NCBI GenBank assembly: GCA_965227515.1 | Contig: CBDDFZ010000001.1 | Coordinates: 960,001-1,024,000, forward strand | From: Alphaproteobacteria bacterium | GTDB taxonomy: Bacteria; Pseudomonadota; Alphaproteobacteria; CALKHQ01 | Reading direction: 5' to 3' | Length of the DNA stretch: 64,000 nucleotides | In this document: piece by piece, positions 29,376 through 39,525 of the stretch | How positions within the stretch are numbered: the stretch's first letter is position 1 | Layout of the letters: every line of letters starts with the position of its first letter | The notes under the pieces: model-generated | Database searches by the model: none | Told to the model about the DNA's origin: nothing | Seen by the model: only the letters and a program-made list of their open reading frames with translations | Translations under genes and position numbers: made by a program

Positions 29376-30566
29376 ATGACGCCCCCGCCCGCCCCCCGCG
29401 ACCGACCTGACGACGACAGAACCGGCGATGACTGGCTTGCCAGCGTGCCGACGTTGGCCAACTTCGCCGAGGCCGCCGACCCGGCGCGCTATGCGCCATT
29501 GCCGGATGACTGGGTGATCGGCGTGTCCGACGTGGTCAATTCTACCACCGCCATTGCCGAGGGGCGCTACAAGGCGGTCAACGTGGCGGGTGCGGCCACC
29601 ATCAGCGCGGTCGGCAATGCGCTGGGCGGCCCGTTGCAGTTGTTCGCGTTCGCCGGCGACGGCGCCCACTTCGCCATTCCCGCCAGGCACCGCGCCACCG
29701 CCGAGCTGGCATTGGCCCGCATTTCGGACTGGGTGGGGCGCACCCTGCACCTGGACCTGCGCGTCGGCACCGTGCCGGTCGCCGACATCCGCGCCGCCGG
29801 ACTGGACGCGCGGGTCGCACTCTGGGCCGCGTCGCCCGACGTGCGCTACGCCATGTTTTCCGGCGGCGGGCTGGAATGGGCCGAGGCGCAGTTGAAGCAT
29901 GGCACGGTTGCCGTATCGGCCGCGGCCGACGGCACCGACCCCGACCTCAGCGGGCTGTCCTGCCAGTGGGGCGCTATCCGGCCGAAGCAGGGTGCGATCC
30001 TGTCGCTGATCGTGAAGAAGCCGCCGGACGCGAGCCAGGACCGCTTTGCCGCGGTGACCGACGCCGTGCTGGCCGAGCTGGAGGGCGAGGGGCGGCCCAA
30101 CCCGGTGCCGCAGCAGGGGCCGGACGTGCAGTGGCCGAAGGGCTCCATCTACCTGCAATCGCACGTGTCCTACGGGCATCAGCCGCACTGGCTGCGGGTG
30201 ACCAAGGTGTTCCTGTTCCAGGCGATGGCGTGGCTGGTGTTCAAGCTGGGCCTGCGGATCGGCCGGTTCGACGCCACCCGCTACCGGCGCGAGATCGCGG
30301 CCAACACCGACTTCCGCAAGTTCGACGAGGGCTTGCTGATGACGGTGGATTGCACGCCGGAGACGGTGGAGCGGCTGCGCGCGATCCTGGACGCCGCCGA
30401 GGCCGAGGGCGCGGTCCGCTATGGCATGCATGTGCAGGACGAGGCGCTGATGACCTGCCTGGTGCCGTCGCTGGTGGATTCCCACCATATGCACTTCGTC
30501 GACGGCGCCGGCGGCGGCTATGCCGCAGCCGCCCAACGGCTGCGCGAGCAGCCCAACATCGCCTGA
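29376..30566 (+). CDS. DUF3095 domain protein
   Basis: LPDDW, DVVNST.AI.EGRYKAVN, GDGA, DLSGLSCQW, DFRKFD, ALMTC and HFVDGAGGGY. Confidence 0.9.
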   Translation: MTPPPAPRDRPDDDRTGDDWLASVPTLANFAEAADPARYAPLPDDWVIGVSDVVNSTTAIAEGRYKAVNVAGAATISAVGNALGGPLQLFAFAGDGAHFAIPARHRATAELALARISDWVGRTLHLDLRVGTVPVADIRAAGLDARVALWAASPDVRYAMFSGGGLEWAEAQLKHGTVAVSAAADGTDPDLSGLSCQWGAIRPKQGAILSLIVKKPPDASQDRFAAVTDAVLAELEGEGRPNPVPQQGPDVQWPKGSIYLQSHVSYGHQPHWLRVTKVFLFQAMAWLVFKLGLRIGRFDATRYRREIAANTDFRKFDEGLLMTVDCTPETVERLRAILDAAEAEGAVRYGMHVQDEALMTCLVPSLVDSHHMHFVDGAGGGYAAAAQRLREQPNIA

Positions 30567-30666
30567 GCGCGGCGGGTGGCCAGGGCTGGCCAGTCACGCG
30601 AATGGTGTGATCCAATGCCCTCTACTGTCACCACCCACACAGTTGATCGGAGCCCCTACCACCACC

Positions 30667-30755
30667 GTCATGCCCGCACTTGTTGCGGGCATCCACGTCT
30701 TGTTGGCCGCTCAAGCGGCCATCTCGTGGATGGTCGGGTCAAGCCCGACCATGAC
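30667..30755. repeat. REP-like doublet (GTCATG..CTTG..ATCCAC family)
   Basis: GTCATGCCCGCACTTGTTGCGGGCATCCAC ... GTGGATGGTCGGGTCAAGCCCGACCATGAC. Confidence 0.85.
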
Positions 30756-30813
30756 GATTGGATTTGATTTCAACGTGTTGGCTCGCCATTAACGCAATCA
30801 GTCTTGCTGCTGT

Positions 30814-30916
30814 GTCATTGCGAGCGCGGCGAAGCAGTCCAGGCGATTGCCGGGCTGAATGAAAGTCGCACTGGATTGCCGCGTCGCGCCGAATCCTCGG
30901 CGCTCCTCGCAATGAC
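30814..30916. repeat. Palindromic element (GTCATTGCGAG...CTCGCAATGAC family)
   Basis: 11-bp perfect terminal inverted repeat; internal TCCAG/CTGGA pair. Confidence 0.85.
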
Positions 30917-30946
30917 GAGAGCAGCGGCTGCATGCTGTCGCCGGTA

Positions 30947-31699
30947 TCAGTCAGGTTTGCAGAACGGATCGCCCGGCTTGCAGAACTTCAGCGGCGACTG
31001 CCCGCCCGCCGCGGCGGTCGCGACGCCGGGATCGGCGGCCATGAACGCCGACGCGGCCTCATCGACGGCGGCGGCGTAGGCGGCCAAAGCCTTCTCCCGC
31101 ACCGCAAGCGCCGCCTCGACGGTCGGGCGGATCTCCTCCATCCGTTTCTGACGCTCCGCGTTGACGCGCGCTCCCATTTCGTCAGGCGACAAACTGCCGG
31201 CCTCGACCAGCGCCTGCTGCTCGGCGGCAAACGCCTCGACCGCTTGCATCGCCGGGCCCCACAGGGCGTCCGCCGCCTTGTCGGTTTCCGCCACGCTAGC
31301 GGTCCAGGTCTGCTCCGCCCGGTCGACCGCGGCGACATAGGCCGCCTCCGCCGGTCCATCGGCCGCGTCGGGCACTGCGGCGCCGATCATGGCGCGCAGG
31401 GAGGCATAGCCCTCGAATCCATCATGCCGCGCGGCGATATCGCCGCCGCGAAACAGCAGCAGCGACGGGAACACCTCGACCTCCCACTGCGTACTCAGGT
31501 CCTTGTGTTCGTCGCCATCCACGTCGGCGATGACGATGTGGCCATCGAACTCGGCCGCCAGCTTGCGCAAATGGGGCTTCATCTTCTTGCACGGGTCGCA
31601 CCATTCGGCCCCGACCTCGATCCACACGGGAACGTCCGATGACCGGATCAGCGATGTCGCGGATTCCGGGTCCAGGCTGCGCATCGGGCTGGTTGCCAT
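30947..31699 (-). CDS. Thioredoxin-domain protein with a helical extension and a C-terminal dicysteine tail
   Basis: AEWCDPCK active site; VFPSLLLF cis-Pro loop; tail FCKPGDPFCKPD. Confidence 0.85.
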   Translation of the reverse strand: MATSPMRSLDPESATSLIRSSDVPVWIEVGAEWCDPCKKMKPHLRKLAAEFDGHIVIADVDGDEHKDLSTQWEVEVFPSLLLFRGGDIAARHDGFEGYASLRAMIGAAVPDAADGPAEAAYVAAVDRAEQTWTASVAETDKAADALWGPAMQAVEAFAAEQQALVEAGSLSPDEMGARVNAERQKRMEEIRPTVEAALAVREKALAAYAAAVDEAASAFMAADPGVATAAAGGQSPLKFCKPGDPFCKPD

Positions 31700-31807
31700 C
31701 TGCTGCTTTCCTTCTCGCCAAGGCTGCCGCGAGGCAAGTGTATGAGCAGAAATTGAGGCACGCAAATGGCCGGGCACAACCCGGCCTGCCCGTCCATGGC
31801 GGCCCGG

Positions 31808-33880
31808 CTACCCTTCGATGGCGGAGAAGTCGGCGACCTGGCCCATGGTATCGCGGATTTCGGCCAGCAGTTTCAAGCGGTTGACGCGTAAGTCGGCATC
31901 GTCGGCGTTGACGGTGACGTCGTCGAAGAACGTGTCGACCGGGCCGCGCAATGCCGCCAGCGCCGCCATCGCGGCAGGGAAGTCCTCGGCATCCAGAGCC
32001 TGGTCGGTTGCCTTGCGCGCCTTGTCCAGCGCCTTGGCAAGCGCGGTCTCCGCCGGGTCCGCCAGCTTGACGTGGTCGGCCGGCGCGGCATAGGCGGTGC
32101 CGTCCTTCTTCTCCTCGATGCGCAGGATGTTGGCGGCACGGCGATAGGCGACCAGCAAATTGGCGCCGTCGTCGCTCTCCAGGAAATTGTCCAGCGCGTC
32201 GACCCGCGCCATCAGCCGTACCAGGTCGTCGTCGGCGGAACTGGCGAACACCGCGCTGATCCGGTCGTGCCGCCGGCCAGCGCCCCGCAGGTGGACCTTC
32301 AGCCGGTCGGCGATGAAATCGAGCAGGTCCGCGTCGATGGCCGCGTCGGTCATGTCCTTGGCGACCTTGGAGATGTTCTCCAGCGCCTCGGCAAAGGCCG
32401 CCGTCAGGCGTACGCGTACGCCGTTCTCCAGCACCAGCCGGATCACGCCGATAGCGGCACGACGCAGGGCGTACGGGTCCTTCGAGCCGGTGGGCTTCTC
32501 GTCGATGGCCCAGAAGCCGACCAGGGTGTCGATCTTGTCAGCCAGCGCGACGGCCACGCTGACCGGCGCTGTCGGGCAGTCGTCGTTCGGCCCGGCCGGC
32601 GCGTAATGCGCCGCGATGGCATCAGCCACCGCCTCCGGCTCGCCATCGGCAAGTGCGTAGTAGCGCCCCATGATGCCCTGCAGCTCGGCGAATTCACCCA
32701 CCATGCCGGTCACCAGGTCGGTCTTGGCCAGCAGGCCCGCGCGCACGCAATCGTGGATGTCGGCGCCGGGAATGCTGGGCGCCAGCGCCTTGGCCAGCAA
32801 GGCGATGCGATGCGCCTTGTCGTTGACCGTGCCCAGCCGGGCGTGGAACACGATGTCGGCCAGCCGCGGCAGCCGGCTTTCCAGCGTGTGCTTGCAGTCC
32901 TGGTCCCAGAAGAACTTGGCGTCGGCCAGCCGGGCGCGGAGCACGCGCTCGTTGCCGGCGACGATGGCCGCCCCGCCGTCCGCCGCAGCCAGATTGGCGA
33001 CCATGATGAAGTGCGGCGCCATAGCGCCATCGGGCGTACGTACGGTGAAGTACTTCTGGTGCGCCTTCATCGCCGTGCTCAGCGCCTCGGCGGGCACGTC
33101 CATGAACTCGGCGTCGATGGCGCCCATCATCGGCACCGGCCATTCGGTGAGGCCGGCGTTCTCCGCCACCAGCCCCGGCTCCAGGTCGGCGACCAGCCCG
33201 GCGTCGGATGTCAGTTTCTCCGCGCCCTCGCGAATGATGTTGGCCCGCTGCTCCGGGTCCAGGATCACGTGTGCGTCGCGCAGGCTTGCACGGTAGGTTT
33301 CAAAATCGCCGGCCGCGATCGGCCCCGACGACATGAAGCGGTGGCCGCGCGTCTCGGCAACGAACGGAATGCCGTCCACCTCGCCCTCAAGTGCAGCGCC
33401 GTCGAACACCGCCAGCACATGGTGCAGCGGGCGCACCCAGCGCGGCCCCGGCCATCCCGAGCGCATCGACTTCGGCCACGACAGGCTGGAGATGGTGTCC
33501 TTGACGATCGTCGGCAGCACCTTGACGGTCGCCTGGCCCTGGCGCTCGATCACCGCGAACCAGAACATGCTGCCCTTCAACTCGCGCTGCTCGAGCTGGT
33601 CCTGGGTCAGGCCGGTCGAGCGCAGGAAGCCCTGGAACGCCTGTTCCGGCGCGTCGACGCGCGGGCCCTTGCGCTCGTCCTTCACGTCGGGCTGCGCGGT
33701 CGGCAGGCCGTCGACCACCAGCGCCAGTCGGCGTGGCGTCGCGAAGGCGCGCGCGCTGTCGAACGAAAGACCGGCGTCCTCCAGGCCCTTGGTCACCAGG
33801 CGCTTCAGGTCGTCGGCCGCGCGCGCCTGCATGCGGGCCGGTATCTCCTCGGAGAACAGTTCCAGCAGGAATTCAGCCAT
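31808..33880 (-). CDS. glyS: Glycine--tRNA ligase beta subunit
   Basis: LLELFSEEIPARMQ, TPRRL, WPKSMR, GNERVLRARLADA and TGSKDPYALRRAA. Confidence 0.97.
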   Translation of the reverse strand: MAEFLLELFSEEIPARMQARAADDLKRLVTKGLEDAGLSFDSARAFATPRRLALVVDGLPTAQPDVKDERKGPRVDAPEQAFQGFLRSTGLTQDQLEQRELKGSMFWFAVIERQGQATVKVLPTIVKDTISSLSWPKSMRSGWPGPRWVRPLHHVLAVFDGAALEGEVDGIPFVAETRGHRFMSSGPIAAGDFETYRASLRDAHVILDPEQRANIIREGAEKLTSDAGLVADLEPGLVAENAGLTEWPVPMMGAIDAEFMDVPAEALSTAMKAHQKYFTVRTPDGAMAPHFIMVANLAAADGGAAIVAGNERVLRARLADAKFFWDQDCKHTLESRLPRLADIVFHARLGTVNDKAHRIALLAKALAPSIPGADIHDCVRAGLLAKTDLVTGMVGEFAELQGIMGRYYALADGEPEAVADAIAAHYAPAGPNDDCPTAPVSVAVALADKIDTLVGFWAIDEKPTGSKDPYALRRAAIGVIRLVLENGVRVRLTAAFAEALENISKVAKDMTDAAIDADLLDFIADRLKVHLRGAGRRHDRISAVFASSADDDLVRLMARVDALDNFLESDDGANLLVAYRRAANILRIEEKKDGTAYAAPADHVKLADPAETALAKALDKARKATDQALDAEDFPAAMAALAALRGPVDTFFDDVTVNADDADLRVNRLKLLAEIRDTMGQVADFSAIEG

Positions 33881-34043
33881 CGTCTCGTCCCAAATGCATT
33901 CCACTAGGTCCACGCACGCGCATCCACCCGCCGTAGTGGCGGCCCTCTTTTGTTGGTACGCGGGGTTTGCGTGGTCAGTGGAACCGATTGGGGGTGGTTT
34001 ACCCGATCGCGGCGCGCCGCGCCATGCGTGGGTTACTCGATTC

Positions 34044-34964
34044 TCATTCCACAAGGATGCGCTGTTTGGGGCGCACGATGGCGTCGGTCATGCGGGTGAC
34101 CCGCGCCATGACGCGCACGTCGTGGACCCGCACCGCGGCCGCGCCGCGGGCAATCGCCATTGCCACCGCGGCGGCCGTGCCCTCCACCCGGTCGTCGGGC
34201 GGCAGGTCCAGGGTGTGGCCGATGAAGCTCTTGCGCGACGGGCCGACCAGCAACGGCAGCCCGAGCCCGGCCAGCGCGTCCAGCCGGTTCAGCAGGTCCA
34301 GATTCTGGCCGATGGTCTTGCCGAAGCCAATGCCGGGATCGAGCAGGATGCGCTCGCGCGGGATGCCGGCGGCCTCTGCATCGGCCACCCGCTGCGCCAG
34401 ATCGGCAGTCACGTCGCTGACCACGTCGTCGTAGTCCATGTCGACGTAGTGCCGGCCGAGGTCTGGCCGGTCGGGCCGCGACGCCACCCGGTCCGACCGC
34501 GAGCGGTTGTGCATCAGCACCACCAGCGCCTCGTGCGCCACGGCAACGGCGGGCATCTCGGGGTCGGCGGCCAGCGCCCAGATGTCGTTGACGATGACGG
34601 CGCCGGCGCTGAGCGCTGCGTCGGCCACCTTGGCCTTGCAGGTATCGACGGAGATCGGCACGTCGGTGGCCGCCCGAACCGCCGCAATCGCCGTGGCCGC
34701 GCGCGCGGCCTCCACGTCCTCCGGCACGCCGGGCGCCCCCGGCCGCGAGCTCTCCGCGCCGATGTCCAGGATGTCGGCGCCGTCGGCGACCTGGCCGGTG
34801 GCCTTGGCCACCACCGCATCGACATCCATCGCGTCGCCGACGATGACGCCATCGCCGGAGAACGAGTCCTCGGTGATGTTGATGACACCCATCACCAGGG
34901 TGCGCTGACCGAACCCCTGCAGGTCGGCCCACCGGCGTGGTTTGCGCGCCCCCCGCATACTCAT
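34044..34964 (-). CDS. folP: Dihydropteroate synthase
   Basis: MGVINITEDSFSGDG, DIGAESSRPG, DPGIGFGK, SRKSFI and VRVHDV. Confidence 0.96.
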   Translation of the reverse strand: MSMRGARKPRRWADLQGFGQRTLVMGVINITEDSFSGDGVIVGDAMDVDAVVAKATGQVADGADILDIGAESSRPGAPGVPEDVEAARAATAIAAVRAATDVPISVDTCKAKVADAALSAGAVIVNDIWALAADPEMPAVAVAHEALVVLMHNRSRSDRVASRPDRPDLGRHYVDMDYDDVVSDVTADLAQRVADAEAAGIPRERILLDPGIGFGKTIGQNLDLLNRLDALAGLGLPLLVGPSRKSFIGHTLDLPPDDRVEGTAAAVAMAIARGAAAVRVHDVRVMARVTRMTDAIVRPKQRILVE

Positions 34965-35005
34965 GGTGCGCTCATATCGTGCGCACGGCGAGCATCGCCC
35001 AGCCC

Positions 35006-35851
35006 TCAGCCCTGCTGGTCGTTCCCAGCGTCCGCCTCTTCGGACTGTGCCTCCAAAGCCTCGATATAGGCCGCCCCCTTGGCCAGTTCCGGCGTGTTCT
35101 CGATGCGGTCGATCAGCGCGTCGATGCGGGCCGGGTCGATCTCATGGAACATATTGCTCATCACCAGGACCCCGCGCCACCAGGCGTCCAGGATCGCGAT
35201 CTCGGTGTTGGTCTCCGGCGCGCCGCCGGTGTCCACCGCCAGCTTGGCCAGGTTCTCGTAGACGTTCTCCGCCTCCTCGACCTGCTTTTCCTCGCCCAGG
35301 TCGGCGACCAGGTTGACCGAGGCCTTGGCCAGGCGCAGCCGCTCGTCCGGCAGCGCCTTCTCGGCCAGCCCGATTTCGGAAAGCTCGCCATACATCGCCA
35401 CCGCATCCTGCTCGCGCTGGTGGCGGGCGTTGATGACGAACAGGTTGAAGGCGGCGCGCGAGCGCTCCAGGCGCACTTCCGGCAGCACGTCGGCCGCCGA
35501 CGCCATTTCGACCAGATCGGCGTAGAGCGCGCCCGCCTCGTCGAACTTCTCCTGCTCGGCCAGCAGCATCACCAGGTTGCCGCCTGATGTCGCCTTGGCG
35601 ATCACCGCATCGACATCGGCATCGGCCGCCTGCGCCTTCACCTTGGCGGCTTCATAGCCGCGGCGCCCGGCATCGAGCTGCGCCGACTTCACCTGCTCCT
35701 GGATCTTCGCCGCCTGCTCATCGGCGATGCTGGTGTCGCCGGCCGGCGGTGGCGGCGCCTTCTTGCGCACCGGGCCCAGGCTGATCGAGCCGGTTGTCAC
35801 GCGCGGCTGCGGCTTGTCGCCATCATCCGCGTTGTCGGGGGTATCATTCAT
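35006..35851 (-). CDS. Hypothetical alpha-helical repeat (TPR-like) protein
   Basis: GGAGG RBS; GC3 bias; three roughly 43-aa helical repeats (NL........A..LY..L). Confidence 0.7.
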   Translation of the reverse strand: MNDTPDNADDGDKPQPRVTTGSISLGPVRKKAPPPPAGDTSIADEQAAKIQEQVKSAQLDAGRRGYEAAKVKAQAADADVDAVIAKATSGGNLVMLLAEQEKFDEAGALYADLVEMASAADVLPEVRLERSRAAFNLFVINARHQREQDAVAMYGELSEIGLAEKALPDERLRLAKASVNLVADLGEEKQVEEAENVYENLAKLAVDTGGAPETNTEIAILDAWWRGVLVMSNMFHEIDPARIDALIDRIENTPELAKGAAYIEALEAQSEEADAGNDQQG

Positions 35852-35922
35852 GGCCGCCTCCACGGGGGTTGGGCCGCCGCGCTACCGAAACCGGCACCGG
35901 GGGCAGACTGGGCACGTGCCGC

Positions 35923-37137
<1,215 letters not shown>

Positions 37138-37316
37138 CGGCAAACTCTCTTGGAACAGTGGGAACGGTGGTGTCCGGCGGGGAAAGCGAGCATGTAGCGG
37201 TGGCGGTGCCTGCGATGCAAGCCTGTCTTGGATCAGGATCAGCTTGCGCTGAAGTCCGCGCCGGGTTCAGGCTGCGGCGCGAATCACTCAACGGCGGGCA
37301 TCACAGGTAGACCTAC

Positions 37317-38336
37317 GTGCGACATGAAATCAGCGGCGGCCTGACCGCCTTGGCCCTCATCGTGGCGATACTGGCGGCGGTCGGCTTCCTCGGCAGCGAG
37401 TTCGGGGCGTTCGATATGTTCAGCCATCCGCGCCCGCTGTTCGTGCTGATTCTCGCGGCGCTGTGCGTGCTGCTGCTGATCGTGCGCGCCTGGCGGCGGG
37501 CGGCGGCGAGCTTGATCGCCGCCATCGCGCTGGCTGCCACCATCGCCATCGACATTCGCGAGACCCAGCCCGATCCGGCGGAGGTGACGGGGCCGAGCTT
37601 CACGCTGCTCAGCTTCAATGTGCTGTGGTTCAACAGGCGGGGTGCCGAAATCGTCGACATGATCGAAGAGCGGCACCCGGACGTCGCCGTGATCCTGGAG
37701 GCGCAGGCGCTGTTCGACCAGATGGACCGGCTGCAGGCCCTCTATCCCCACCTCTCCGGCTGCGAGACGCTGCCGCAATGCGACCTGCTGGTGCTGTCCC
37801 GGCTGCCGGTCGACGACGTGCGGCGCAGCGGCCTGATTTACGGACAGCCGCGGATGGCCGTGGTGAGCTTCACCCTGGACGGTACGGCGGCGAACGTGGT
37901 CGGCATCCACCTGTCGAAGCCGTACCACGACAACGCGCAATGGGTGGATACCGACATGGTGTCCCGCGGGCTGCGAGACGTCGAGGGGCCGACCGTGCTG
38001 GCCGGGGACTTCAACGCCGTGCCGTGGTCCTATATCTACGCGCGCCTGATCGGCGGCCACGGCTTCGGCGCGCCGGGTGGCTACCGGTCGACCTGGCCGG
38101 CGAGCTTCGGCGCCTACGGCATGCCGATCGACCATATCGCGGTGCGCGACGGCGCGGTCGTGACCGCGATCGCGCCGCTGGAGGATGCGCTCGGCTCAAA
38201 CCACCGCGGATTGTGGGCCGAGGTCAGGCTGCCGGCGGCCGATCCGAGCGCTGAACCGGACACACAGCCGGTTGAGGATCAGCAGCCGCCGGCTGACGAT
38301 CCGGACGCACCACAGGCTCCCGATACGACGCAATAG
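37317..38336 (+). CDS. Membrane-anchored endonuclease/exonuclease/phosphatase family protein
   Basis: N-terminal TM helices; SFNV, AGDFNAVPWS, PIDHI and GSNHR. Confidence 0.9.
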   Translation: MRHEISGGLTALALIVAILAAVGFLGSEFGAFDMFSHPRPLFVLILAALCVLLLIVRAWRRAAASLIAAIALAATIAIDIRETQPDPAEVTGPSFTLLSFNVLWFNRRGAEIVDMIEERHPDVAVILEAQALFDQMDRLQALYPHLSGCETLPQCDLLVLSRLPVDDVRRSGLIYGQPRMAVVSFTLDGTAANVVGIHLSKPYHDNAQWVDTDMVSRGLRDVEGPTVLAGDFNAVPWSYIYARLIGGHGFGAPGGYRSTWPASFGAYGMPIDHIAVRDGAVVTAIAPLEDALGSNHRGLWAEVRLPAADPSAEPDTQPVEDQQPPADDPDAPQAPDTTQ

Positions 38337-38356
38337 AACGCTTTTCAGTTTCGTAG

Positions 38357-39181
38357 ATGGGCTAACGGCCCTCGTTTGGTGGCGTGCATGAGTGGTCGTC
38401 CCTCAATCTATTCGGTGTCATGCACGGAGTCGGCATTGCCGCTCCAAGAGACCGAGGAGGGACGACCATGAACTACTATGCCGGGATTGACGTTTCTTTG
38501 GAATGGTCATCGGTGTGCGTTGTTGACAGCCGTGGCGACATTTTATGCGAGGCTCGTATTGCGAGCACGCCGGCGGGTTTGTTGTTGTGGTTTGGGTCTT
38601 TGGGTTTTTCGGTTGAGCGGATTGGTCTTGAGGCGGGTCCATTGTCGCAATGGCTTGTGCGGGAGTGCGCGCAGGGTGGTCTTTCGGTTGAGTTGCTGGA
38701 GACGCGTCACGTTGCGCGGGCCCTTTCGACGATGCCTGTGAAGTCGGATCGCTCGGACGCGCGTGGGATTGCTCAGATGATGCGTGTGGGTTGGTTTCGG
38801 CCTGTTCATTGCAAGTCTTTGGCGGCACAGGAGATGCGCGCGCTCTTGAAGGGTCGCGATCAGCTTCGCTGCAAACTGCACGACCTTGAGATGCACCTTC
38901 GCGGTCAGCTGCGGAACTTCGGGCTGAAGGTAGGGCCCACGACGCGGCGCCGCTTTGCCGCGCGTATTGCGACATTGGTGTCTGGGCATCCTGTCTTGGA
39001 GGCGGTGGCGGGTGCGTTGCTGGCGGCACGTGATGGGTTGCTGCATTCGTTCACGGCGCTGGACCGACCGATCCTCGCATATCCATCTTGGTGGCGGCCG
39101 TGCGCCGACCCCGTACAGAAGCATGACCCAGGCGCCGGGACGACGAAAAAGGGATTGACCAACAATGGTCCGTTATAGAAG
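38357..39181 (+). mobile_element. Internally deleted IS110-family (IS1111-type) element with both ends retained, inserted in a GTAG REP
   Basis: Sub-terminal imperfect IRs TAACGGCCCTCGTTTGGT (38363-38380) and TAACGGACCATTGTTGGT (reverse complement of 39158-39175); removing the element rebuilds GTAG|CCTGGGTGG. Confidence 0.75.
38468..39068 (+). pseudogene. IS110 family transposase, N-terminal DEDD domain only (C-terminal Tnp20 domain missing)
   Basis: YAGIDVS, RIGLEAGPLSQWL and KSDRSDARGIA; similarity ends after FTALDR at about 200 aa; T/G-rich atypical codon usage. Confidence 0.9.
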
Positions 39182-39264
39182 CCTGGGTGGAACGAAGTGA
39201 AACCCAGGGAAAGGGAGCCGATGGGTCCAAGACCCCGGGTTGCGCTTCGCTCCACCCGGGCTAC
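39182..39264. repeat. GTAG-family REP doublet (left copy split by the IS)
   Basis: CCTGGGTGGAACGAAGTGAAACCCAGGG (39182-39209) and inverted CCCCGGGTTGCGCTTCGCTCCACCCGGGCTAC (39233-39264). Confidence 0.85.
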
Positions 39265-39299
39265 ATGGCTGGATTCACGCTTTTCAACAACACAACACT

Positions 39300-39475
39300 G
39301 TCATCCTCGGGCTTGTCCCGAGGATCCATTTATGTCCGTTATTTCAATGGTTTGCGGGCAATCTACGGTGTTGATGGCGGTCCGCAGATACGCATTGCAC
39401 CGTCAGAAATGGTCATGACAGGCAAGTCCCGGTTTCCGCATTTCCATGGGTCCTCGCCACAAGGGCGAGGACGAC
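39300..39475. repeat. Inverted pair of REP-like palindromes, same family as 11886-12070
   Basis: GTCATCCTCGGGCTTGTCCCGAGGATCCAT and ATGGGTCCTCGCCACAAGGGCGAGGACGAC. Confidence 0.8.
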
Positions 39476-39525
39476 GGAGAGAATTTTCTGGGTGCAGGAA
39501 ATCCGGGCGCCGGCGCGCCGGCGAG

